Assembly: GCA_963744995.1 (NCBI GenBank)
Contig: CAVUWA010000010.1
Span: 384,001 to 448,000 of the forward strand
DNA from: Candidatus Eiseniibacteriota bacterium
GTDB lineage: Bacteria > Eisenbacteria > RBG-16-71-46
Reading direction: 5' to 3'
DNA length: 64,000 nucleotides
Shown piece by piece: positions 35,845-44,139 of this stretch. Under the pieces are notes generated by a model. That model did no database searches, was not told the DNA's origin, and saw only the letters and a program-made list of their open reading frames with translations. The position numbers and the translations under genes were made by a program. Every line of letters begins with the position of its first letter. Position 1 is the first letter of the stretch.

Positions 35845-37854
35845 TCAGTTCTCGCGATCGGACTTGACGATCAGAAATTTGCCGCGTGATACCGCGCCGC
35901 CGTCGAGATTCTCCACCGCATAGAGGTAAAGGCCGCTGGCCACCGCCTGACCGTTGGCGGTGATCAGGTTCCACGCATAGCTCGCGCCCGAGAGCGCCGG
36001 CGCGCCGGTGTCGAGGTCGCGCTGCGGGTCGTACAGACCGCGGGCCCCTTCGCCGTGGTAGCCGGCGCCGTCGAAGCGGGTCTCGAAAATGCGATCGCCG
36101 GACAGCGTGTAGATGCGCAACACGCAGCGCGAAGGGAGGTTGGCGAACCAGAGGTAGTGGTCGCGCACCTGCCGGCCCTGATCCCACCGCGCCTCGACCC
36201 GGTACGGATTCGGGTAGACGATCACGCCGCGGCCGGTCTCGCCGGCGCGCGCATTCGGCACCGCGAGGAACTTGTTCTGGCTGATCCCGCTCTCGAGGCT
36301 GCCGACCTGGACGTCGCCGAGATCGTAGCTGGTGACCGCACCGTAGTAGTCGAAGCCGTCGAGCAGGGCGGGCACCGAGAGCCGGTAGCGGTAGGGCACG
36401 CCGTCAAACACCCGCGGCGGATCGAGGCGCACGGCGTCGAAGCCGGTGTTGAATCCGGTCGTGTCGTGCGGTGCGTCGGCGCGATCGAACTGGGCGATCC
36501 GCACGGGTGCCTGACGATCGGAGCCGAAGTAGACGCGGTAGCCCTCGAAGTCCATCCCGCCGGGCGCGAGGCTCGTCGGATCGACCTCGGATTCGGGCGA
36601 ATCGTCCCAGTAGATGTCCGCCCGGTGGTTGCCGGTCTCGACGTGGACCCGCGGCGAAGGCGGCGGCGCCGGCAGCCGGTAATCGATGTCGGCCGCGAAC
36701 TGCGCGAAGTCCGCATGCTCGAGCAGCGCGTTCTCGTCCGCGCCGCCGATGAACGCGAAGTCCACCATCACGCTGTCGCCCGGATCGACCTGAGCCCACG
36801 GCCCCACCCCGATCACCATGATCGGCGAGCAGCTCGCGCCGCCGGGAATGCAGTCGCGCGGATCCATGATGCGGCCGTTGGAGAGGATCACGTAGCGCTC
36901 GACGTCCTCGTCGCGCGACGTGTCGCCGGGGCTGAACGACCACCAGTTGAAGCTCACGTGGCGGGTGGACGTGTCGCCTGGAGCGCTGCGCAGCAGCTTC
37001 ACCCCCGCCCACGGCGGCGCATAGGCGACGTCACAGCTGCCGGGATAGGGCAGTTGCAGGCAGTAACGCTCCTTGTAGAAGCGGCGCGTGGAGTCGTACT
37101 CGGCGTAGGTCTTGTAGTACCAGGAACCGGGCCCCGACGTGGCGGACGGCGGCCAGGTCGAGTAGGCGTTCTTGTCGCCGCTCACCAGCTGCGCATAGAG
37201 CCCGACGAACATGTCGCGCAGCGGCGCACCGCGATTGATGATCGTGAACCGGACCACCTCGAAATCCTGCGCCGCATCGAGCGAAAACCCCAGAATCTGC
37301 TGCCTGACCAGGATGTTGAGCGGCCGGTGCCGTTCGCGCTGGTTCCCGGACGGCGCCCGTTCGGGCTCGTCGGAGTACGCGCAGTCGAAGTCCTGATCGG
37401 AGATCGCCTCGGTCGAGTAGTAGCGGTTGTTGGAGATCCGCGAGCGCTGCCGGATCGCGTTGCCGGCGGGCGTGAACTCGGTCTCCGCGGCGCCGCTCGA
37501 ACCCTGCACGTTGTCCACGATCGCCGCCGACACACCGGTGAAAGCACCCTGATCGTCCACCGCCAGCGCGCCGACCCAGAGTCCGGCGCGCGACATGTGC
37601 TCGTAGCCCGAACCGAGCGGATACTCGAGCGACGGCGAACGCGAGTTGAAGTTGTTGCCGAAGAACCCGTAGTTGGAGATCGCGAGCCCGACCCGGTTGA
37701 CGTCGGTCGTCACCGACACGTAGCGGATCGAGTCCTGCGCCGCGGGCGCCGCGTGCGCGGCGCCGGGCGTCACCGCGCAGAGGGCCAGCAGGAGTGCCGG
37801 CATCGTCCGGATCGAATCCCGCGCCGGGCCGCGGCGCGGGCACCGCGCGGTCAT
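35845..37854 (-). CDS. Secreted protein with T9SS-type C-terminal domain (paralogue B)
   Basis: Collinear with 28635-30701: SRSPSLEYPLGSGYEHM, PPPSPR, DTTGFNTGF, PNPYRVEARWDQG..VRDHYLWFANLP; ATG abuts the add stop; alternative start at 37803. Confidence 0.85.
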   Translation of the reverse strand: MTARCPRRGPARDSIRTMPALLLALCAVTPGAAHAAPAAQDSIRYVSVTTDVNRVGLAISNYGFFGNNFNSRSPSLEYPLGSGYEHMSRAGLWVGALAVDDQGAFTGVSAAIVDNVQGSSGAAETEFTPAGNAIRQRSRISNNRYYSTEAISDQDFDCAYSDEPERAPSGNQRERHRPLNILVRQQILGFSLDAAQDFEVVRFTIINRGAPLRDMFVGLYAQLVSGDKNAYSTWPPSATSGPGSWYYKTYAEYDSTRRFYKERYCLQLPYPGSCDVAYAPPWAGVKLLRSAPGDTSTRHVSFNWWSFSPGDTSRDEDVERYVILSNGRIMDPRDCIPGGASCSPIMVIGVGPWAQVDPGDSVMVDFAFIGGADENALLEHADFAQFAADIDYRLPAPPPSPRVHVETGNHRADIYWDDSPESEVDPTSLAPGGMDFEGYRVYFGSDRQAPVRIAQFDRADAPHDTTGFNTGFDAVRLDPPRVFDGVPYRYRLSVPALLDGFDYYGAVTSYDLGDVQVGSLESGISQNKFLAVPNARAGETGRGVIVYPNPYRVEARWDQGRQVRDHYLWFANLPSRCVLRIYTLSGDRIFETRFDGAGYHGEGARGLYDPQRDLDTGAPALSGASYAWNLITANGQAVASGLYLYAVENLDGGAVSRGKFLIVKSDREN

Positions 37855-38931
37855 CTAGATTCCCGCCGCGCGGCGGTCGTACTCGTCCGGGAACTCCTCC
37901 ATGAAGATCCGGTCGATCTCGAGGTTGATCTCGCGCAGCATCCGCGCCTTCTGCGCGTAGGGCAGGAACGAACTCTTGAAGCCGTTGATGATGATCCGCT
38001 TGATCTCGTAAGGGCTCAGCCGGAATGCGCGCGCGGCGAGCGCCAGTTCCTGGGTGATCGTGGTCGCCGAGATCAGCCGGTTGTCGGTGTTCACGGTGAC
38101 CCGCAGACCGAGCTTGAAGTATTCGTAGAACGGATGGTCCTTGATGCTGCGCACCGTGCGCGTCTGCACGTTGGAGGACAGGCAGACCTCGAGCGGAATG
38201 CGGTGGTCGTTGACGTAGCGCATCAGGTCCTGGTCCTCGCGCAGGTGCGTGCCGTGCCCGATGCGGTGCGCACCGCAGTAGTGCAGCGCCTGCGAGATGC
38301 TCGCCGGGCCGAACGCCTCCCCCGCGTGCACGGTCGAGTTGATGTTGTTCTTGAGGATCAGCTCGAACGCGGCGCGGTGCGCCTTGGCCGGGTAGTCCTT
38401 CTCCTGGCCGGCGAGATCGAAGGCCAGCACGCCCTTGCCCTTGTAGGCCACCGCCAGCTCGGCGAGCATCAGCGAGTGCTTGGGATCCAGCGAGCGGATC
38501 CCGCAGATGATCACCCCGGTCGAAATCCCGAACTGGCGCCCGGCGTCGGCGAGGCCCGCCACCACCGATTCGACGATCTCCGGAAACGGCAGGCTCTTGT
38601 CGCGATGCAGGATCGGCGAGTAGCGCACCTCGAGGTGCCGCACGTTCTCGGCGGCGGCGTCCTCGGCCAGCTCGTAGGCGACACGGTAGAGTGCATCGCG
38701 CTCCTGCATCACGCTCAGCGTGTAGTCGAAGATCTTCAGGTAGTCGCCGAGGTTCTTGGTGCGGCGCCCGGCCTGCAGCAGCGTCTGCAGCTCGCGCAGG
38801 TTCGTCGTGGGCAGCGGGACGCCCTGCGCCTCGGCGAGCTCGAGAATGGTGCGCGAGCGGAGCGAGCCGTCGAGGTGACAGTGGATGTCGGTTTTCGGCA
38901 GTCGCTGGATGACGGACTGGTTCAGGCGCAC
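37855..38931 (-). CDS. add: Adenosine deaminase
   Basis: PKTDIHCHLDGS, FDLAGQE, TVHAGE, RIGHG, EVCLSSN, VNTDN. Confidence 0.95.
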   Translation of the reverse strand: MRLNQSVIQRLPKTDIHCHLDGSLRSRTILELAEAQGVPLPTTNLRELQTLLQAGRRTKNLGDYLKIFDYTLSVMQERDALYRVAYELAEDAAAENVRHLEVRYSPILHRDKSLPFPEIVESVVAGLADAGRQFGISTGVIICGIRSLDPKHSLMLAELAVAYKGKGVLAFDLAGQEKDYPAKAHRAAFELILKNNINSTVHAGEAFGPASISQALHYCGAHRIGHGTHLREDQDLMRYVNDHRIPLEVCLSSNVQTRTVRSIKDHPFYEYFKLGLRVTVNTDNRLISATTITQELALAARAFRLSPYEIKRIIINGFKSSFLPYAQKARMLREINLEIDRIFMEEFPDEYDRRAAGI

Positions 38932-38976
38932 GCGGCCTCCCGGCCTGCCGCGCCGCCGGACCGTTGCGCGGGGGAA

Positions 38977-39534
38977 TCAGCCATGGCGGTCCAGCGCCAT
39001 GATCTTCTGCACGCGCCGCTGATGGCGGCCGCCTTCGAACGCGGTCGCGAGGAACAGGCGCACCATGCGCACGGCGAGCCCGCGATTGACGATCCGCGCG
39101 CCGAGCGCGAGCACGTTCGCGTCGTTGTGGCCGCGGCTGTTGAGCACGGTGGCGTCGTCGTGACAGAGCGCGCAGCGCACGCCGGGGATCTTGTTCGCCG
39201 CCATCGTCGAGCCGATCCCCGCGGCGTCCACGATCACGCCGCGTGACGCGCGTCCGTTCGCGACCTCGCGCGCGACCGCAGCGGCGTAGTCCGGATAGTC
39301 CACCGCATCCGGCGAGTGCGTGCCGCAGTCGTGGACCTCCCAGCCGAGCTCGTCCACGATCGCCCGCTTCAGGATCTCCTTGAGCGGGTACCCGCCGTGG
39401 TCCGCCCCGATCGCGACGCGGCGCCGTGCCGCGGGCGCGGGCGCGGCCGCCCGGGGGGCGGTCTCCGGGCCGAGCGCACGTTCGACCGCCTCACGAACGA
39501 GGCGCCGGACTTCGGAGTCGGATGAGTCGGACAT
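38977..39534 (-). CDS. rpiB: Ribose-5-phosphate isomerase B
   Basis: IGADHGG, VDYPD, GIGS..AANK..GVR, HNDANVL.LG, FEGGRH.RRV.KI. Confidence 0.92.
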   Translation of the reverse strand: MSDSSDSEVRRLVREAVERALGPETAPRAAAPAPAARRRVAIGADHGGYPLKEILKRAIVDELGWEVHDCGTHSPDAVDYPDYAAAVAREVANGRASRGVIVDAAGIGSTMAANKIPGVRCALCHDDATVLNSRGHNDANVLALGARIVNRGLAVRMVRLFLATAFEGGRHQRRVQKIMALDRHG

Positions 39535-39543
39535 GGTCGGCGA

Positions 39544-39572
39544 AGTCTAGGAACGCGCCCGGAGCCGGTCAA
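39544..39572 (-). promoter_or_regulatory. Sigma70-like promoter for rpiB-add-paralogue B
   Basis: Minus strand TTGACC-N17-TAGACT, 9 nt before the ATG. Confidence 0.65.
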
Positions 39573-39656
39573 GCGACGTGCGCCTCGCGGCACGCGCCCT
39601 CGTCCGCTACACTTCTCCGCGCTCCCACGCGTCCCTTCCCCGACAGGAGTCACCCG

Positions 39657-41006
39657 GTGCCCGACCGCCTCATCCGATCCGTCATCGCCTGCGCCGCCCT
39701 GCTGGCGCTCGGCGCCGCCCCCGCCCACGCGGCCCGCATGCTGGCCGACAGCACCTCCGTCGACGGCTGGACGCTCGAGAACGGGCTGCGCGTCGTCGTT
39801 CGTCAGGTGCCGGGCGCGGGCGCGGACGTGGTGGTCGTCGCCTATCCGGCCGGTCGCGACGACGATCCCGAAGGCGAGGAGGGCTTCACCGAGCTCATGG
39901 CCGAGGCGGCGTTCATGGCGCAGTCCGGCGAGATTCCGGCTCGTTCGCGCGCCGACCTCGACAGCCAGCGTCCCGTGGGCTGGAACGTGCAGGTCGAGCG
40001 GCGCCGCACCGAGCTCGCCGAGATGGCGACCCCCGACCAGTTCCCCGGCGTGCTGCACCAGGTGGCGCTCCGCATGCGTGGCGTGGACCTGACCGACGAA
40101 GTCGTGGCGCGCGCCCGCACCGCGCTCGCCGAGCGGCGCGCGCAGACGGTCGGCGCCGACCTCGGTGCCGAGTTGTACGTGGAGGCGGGCCAGATGGCGG
40201 CGGGCTGGGACCATGCCCGCTTCGAGCGCTGGATGAGCGGCGCCGGCCTCGCGAAGCTGCGCGCCCGCGACCTCGCCCCGCGCATCGCCGAATCCTACGT
40301 TCCCGCGCGCGCCGTGCTGAGCCTCGCGGGCGACTTCAGGGGAATCGACCTGCGCACATTCATCGAGAACGAGTTCGGCGACATTCCCGCCGGCACGCCG
40401 CGCGCGGACGTCATGCCGCCGCCGGCGCAGAGCCCGGTGTCCGCGGTGGTGAAGCATCCGGGGCTCGATCTGCCGGTCGGCTGCATCGGAATCGCCGCGC
40501 CGGCACTCACCGATTCCCTGCACCCGTCGTTCTTCCTCACCGCACTGATCCTCGGCGCCCACGCGACCCGCCTGTGGTCCGGCACGGGGGTCGTGCGCTC
40601 GCACTTTCAGTACTCGATCCTCGACGATCCGTCGCTCGTGCGCCTCTACCCGCCCATCGTCGCCGCGAACTGGAAGCCCGAGAACATGCAGCAGCAGCTC
40701 GGCGCCCTGATCACCACGTTCGCCTCGCTCACGATCGCGCTCGACCAGGCGGAACACATGAAGACCGCGGTGGCGTGGCTGCTGGGCGGGCCGCTGCCCG
40801 GGCCGCTGCTGGCCCGCGTGCGCACCGACCATGCGGTGCTCTACCGCGTGTGCAGCAACGCCGCGACCCGCGAGCTGTGGGGCGGCGAGGCGTTCTGGGA
40901 GGTGTACCGGCGCCGCTTCGATCCGGCGCGCAGCGCGGGCGACGAGCGCTGGCCGGCCTACATGAAGGATCCGGCGCGCGCGATCGGGCTGATCTACGCC
41001 CCTTGA
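39657..41006 (+). CDS. Exported M16 (insulinase)-like protein lacking the catalytic motif
   Basis: AGGAG RBS with GTG start; signal peptide; TLENGLRVVV, AGRDDDP..GFTELMAE in place of HxxEH; YVPARAVLSLAGDF. Confidence 0.75.
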   Translation: MPDRLIRSVIACAALLALGAAPAHAARMLADSTSVDGWTLENGLRVVVRQVPGAGADVVVVAYPAGRDDDPEGEEGFTELMAEAAFMAQSGEIPARSRADLDSQRPVGWNVQVERRRTELAEMATPDQFPGVLHQVALRMRGVDLTDEVVARARTALAERRAQTVGADLGAELYVEAGQMAAGWDHARFERWMSGAGLAKLRARDLAPRIAESYVPARAVLSLAGDFRGIDLRTFIENEFGDIPAGTPRADVMPPPAQSPVSAVVKHPGLDLPVGCIGIAAPALTDSLHPSFFLTALILGAHATRLWSGTGVVRSHFQYSILDDPSLVRLYPPIVAANWKPENMQQQLGALITTFASLTIALDQAEHMKTAVAWLLGGPLPGPLLARVRTDHAVLYRVCSNAATRELWGGEAFWEVYRRRFDPARSAGDERWPAYMKDPARAIGLIYAP

Positions 41007-41124
41007 AGCCCGCCGCCGGCGCGGGCCCACCTCCCGCCGCGGGCGTCTCCGGCGTCCCCCCGGCCGCACTTTTCCGCCTTCATGCTTGCGTTGGACGAAT
41101 CGGCGGGGCTACGTTGCCCGTGAC

Positions 41125-41772
41125 ATGGCGCGTCGCGTACTGATTGGTATCGCAGGCGGTTCCGGGTCGGGCAAGACGCTCGTGGCGCGCAACATCCTCC
41201 GCGAGCTCGGCTCCGGCCGGGTCGTCGTCATCGATCAGGACTCCTACTACAGGAACCTCGAAGACATCCCGTTCCGCGACCGCGAGGCGCGCAACTTCGA
41301 TCACCCGGATGCCTTCGACAACGACCTGCTCAAGGCGCACATCCGCGCGCTCCTCGACGGCCAGGCCGTGGATCAGCCGATCTACGACTACGCCGAACAC
41401 CGGCGGCTCACGGAGACGCGCCGGATCAGCGATCACCTGGTGATCGTGCTCGAGGGCATTCTGATCCTCGCGGATCCCGAACTGCGCCAGATGATGGACA
41501 TCAAACTGTTCGTGGATGCGGATCCCGACGTGCGCTTCATCCGGCGCCTGCGCCGCGACCTCGTCGAGCGCGGGAGATCGGTGGACAGCATCATCCGCCA
41601 GTACGAGGAGAGCGTGCGGCCGATGCACCTCCAGTTCGTGGATCCATCCAAGCGGCACGCCGACGTGATCATCCCCGAAGGCGGCCACAACCGCGTCGCG
41701 ATCGATCTCGTGCGCACCAAGATCCGCGAGCTGCTGCGCGAACGCGGCGTGGAGACGATCGGAATCGTGTAG
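41125..41772 (+). CDS. udk: Uridine kinase
   Basis: IGIAGGSGSGKT, QDSYY, NFDHPDAFD, RRLRRDLVERGRS, VRPMHLQFV.PSKR.ADVIIP. Confidence 0.95.
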   Translation: MARRVLIGIAGGSGSGKTLVARNILRELGSGRVVVIDQDSYYRNLEDIPFRDREARNFDHPDAFDNDLLKAHIRALLDGQAVDQPIYDYAEHRRLTETRRISDHLVIVLEGILILADPELRQMMDIKLFVDADPDVRFIRRLRRDLVERGRSVDSIIRQYEESVRPMHLQFVDPSKRHADVIIPEGGHNRVAIDLVRTKIRELLRERGVETIGIV

Positions 41773-41793
41773 GCCGGCGCGGCGCCGCCGCGC

Positions 41794-43890
41794 TCAGCGG
41801 CCGCGTCCCGCGCCGCTGCGCGTCCCCGTGGCCGCCGCCCCGCGCGGAATCGCCTTCGCCGCAGCACGGCGTGCCGTCTTCCTCCCGGGCTTCACGATCC
41901 GCGCCTCGAGCACGTGCCAGGCACGCAGCGTCTCGGCCACCGTCCAGGCCTGCGCGAAGCAGCCGCGCGGCCGGTACGGCGCATCGCCGTCGGCGACCTC
42001 GGGCAGGGTGCCCGCGCCCATCTCCCACATCAGCCGGGCGAACGGCTCCAGCAGCCGCTGGGCCGCCGCGGCATCGTCGTGCACCCGGTGGTGCGCAAGC
42101 GCGTAGTGCGGCAGCAGCCACGTCCACACGGTGCCCTGATGATAGGCGCCGTCGCGCGCCCAGCGATCGCCGGTGAAGAGACCGCGGTAGGACGGATTCG
42201 CGGGCGCGAGGCTGCGCAGGCCGTGCGAGGTGAGCAGGTGACGGCCACACGCCTCGAGCACGCGCCGGCGGTCCGCCGCGGCGAGCGGACTGTCGGGCAG
42301 CGACAGCGCGAAGATCTGGTTCGGCCGGATCGCCGGATCGTGACCCTTCGGCCCGTCCACGACGTCGTAGAGACAGCCGGTCTCGGGATTGAGGAAGCGC
42401 GCGAACGACTCGGCGACGCGGGCGGCCTGCTGCTCGTACCCCGCGGTCTCGCGGCCGAGCGCCTTCGCGAAGCGCGCCATGGTCATCAGCGCGCCGTACC
42501 AGAGCGCGTTGATCTCGACCGGCTTCCCCTGCCGGGGCGTCACCACCCAGTCCTCGACCTTGGCGTCCATCCAGGTCAGCTGGACGCCCGGCTCGCCGGC
42601 GCGCACCAGACCGTCCTGCCGGTCGACGCGGATGCCGTGGCGCGTGCCGCGCTCGTACCATGCGCCGATGTCCTCGAGCACCGGGTAGATCTCCGCGAGG
42701 AAACCGTGGTCGCCGGTGGCATCGTGGTAGGCGCGCACGGCCTGGAAGAACCACAGCGCCGCGTCCACCGTGTTGTACTCCGGGGCCTCGCCCTGATCCG
42801 GGAAGTAGTTGGGCAGCATGCCCTGGTCCACGAACGCGGCGAAGGTGCCCAGAACGGTGCGCGCGAGGTCGTGGCGTCCGGTGACGACCGCGAGACCCGG
42901 CAGCGCGATCATCGTGTCGCGACCCCAGTCGCTGAACCAGGGGTAGCCGGCGATCACGCTGCGTCCGTGCGGATCCACGCGGGTCGCGCGCTCGACGACG
43001 AACTGGTCCGCGGCGAGCACCAGCTGCCGGATCCAGTGCGGCGCGCGCCGGGCCAGCGCGGGCTGGGCCTGCTCCCAGCGGTCGATGAGGTCCTTCTCGC
43101 GCGCCTGGCGACGGCTGAGCGCGCGGGCCAGCGGCAGCGGGCCGGTGGCCGCGTCGTGGCGCGTGCTGGCGACCACGGTGAAGGTCTGCCCCGGCTGGAG
43201 CTTCACCGCGAGCTCGGCGGCCATCAGGTGGTCCTCGAGCGCCGGCAGCCCGCGCTCGGCCTCGAGCGACTTCGCGAATCCCCGGTACCAGGTCGCGGCC
43301 GGCCGCGCCTCGGCGCCGGGCGCGAACAGCCACAGCGCGGCCCGCCCCGCGGGCGTCCCGATCTTGAGCCCGCCCGTCACCGGCTCGATCACCGGCGCCC
43401 CCTCGCCACGCGCGGTCGTGCCGTGCACGTCGCGGCCGTCCACCAGCGCGCGCAGCGACAGTTCGACCGGAAGGGTCGCCGCGGCCAGCGTGTACTGCAC
43501 GTAGGTGGTGTTCTCGCCCTGCTCCATCCAGACGCGCTTCTCGAGCCGCGTGTCGCCGATCGCCCACGTCCACACCGGCACGCTCGCATCGAGACGGAAC
43601 GACTCGAGGTGACGGTGGCCGCGCGGCTCGATGGCGCCGCTCTCCCAGCGGTTCGTATCGAGGTCGAACGCGCGACCGCCGATCGTCACGCGCTCGGCCA
43701 GCTTGGCGAGCAGCAGCGTGCGGCCGACCGGCGGCTCGAGCGCGGCCACCAGCAGCCCGTGGTAGCGGCGCGCGAGCACGCCGCCGAGCGTGCCGCAGGC
43801 GTAGCCGCCGATGCCGTTGGTGACGAGCCATTCGAGGCGTTCGATGCCGGCGGCGCCGCCGAGCAGGTCACGGCCGAAAGTCGAGTTCAC
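41794..43890 (-). CDS. Amylo-alpha-1,6-glucosidase (glycogen debranching enzyme, archaeal-type)
   Basis: EWLVTNGIGGYA, RRYHGLL, IAGYPWFSDWGRDTMI, QLTWMDAK, GKPVEINALW, AYHQGTVW, GCFAQAW; GAGGAGG RBS. Confidence 0.92.
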   Translation of the reverse strand: MNSTFGRDLLGGAAGIERLEWLVTNGIGGYACGTLGGVLARRYHGLLVAALEPPVGRTLLLAKLAERVTIGGRAFDLDTNRWESGAIEPRGHRHLESFRLDASVPVWTWAIGDTRLEKRVWMEQGENTTYVQYTLAAATLPVELSLRALVDGRDVHGTTARGEGAPVIEPVTGGLKIGTPAGRAALWLFAPGAEARPAATWYRGFAKSLEAERGLPALEDHLMAAELAVKLQPGQTFTVVASTRHDAATGPLPLARALSRRQAREKDLIDRWEQAQPALARRAPHWIRQLVLAADQFVVERATRVDPHGRSVIAGYPWFSDWGRDTMIALPGLAVVTGRHDLARTVLGTFAAFVDQGMLPNYFPDQGEAPEYNTVDAALWFFQAVRAYHDATGDHGFLAEIYPVLEDIGAWYERGTRHGIRVDRQDGLVRAGEPGVQLTWMDAKVEDWVVTPRQGKPVEINALWYGALMTMARFAKALGRETAGYEQQAARVAESFARFLNPETGCLYDVVDGPKGHDPAIRPNQIFALSLPDSPLAAADRRRVLEACGRHLLTSHGLRSLAPANPSYRGLFTGDRWARDGAYHQGTVWTWLLPHYALAHHRVHDDAAAAQRLLEPFARLMWEMGAGTLPEVADGDAPYRPRGCFAQAWTVAETLRAWHVLEARIVKPGRKTARRAAAKAIPRGAAATGTRSGAGRGR

Positions 43891-44139
43891 GACGGGTTCC
43901 TCCTCGGCGCGGGGCGGGCACCTCGCGCGCGAAACGGGTGATCGCGGGAATCCGCCGCATCGTAGACCCGCCGGGAACCGGCCGCGAGCCTGGACTGCGA
44001 AGTGCGTGCGAATGGCGGCGTTCACGGGCGCTCCCCGCCCCGCGCCGGACGCACCGGGTCCGGGCGCCGGGCGACCCGCTGCGGCCGGCGGGGCCGGCGG
44101 CTCCGCCCGCCGGACGAATCGCGATAGGATCGGCGGGCC

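Noticed and set aside
32711..39246. Long plus-strand ORFs (1008 aa, 1063 aa) and similar antisense ORFs across the window
   Set aside because: Shadow ORFs opposite well-supported genes; no motifs and composition typical of antisense GC-rich frames
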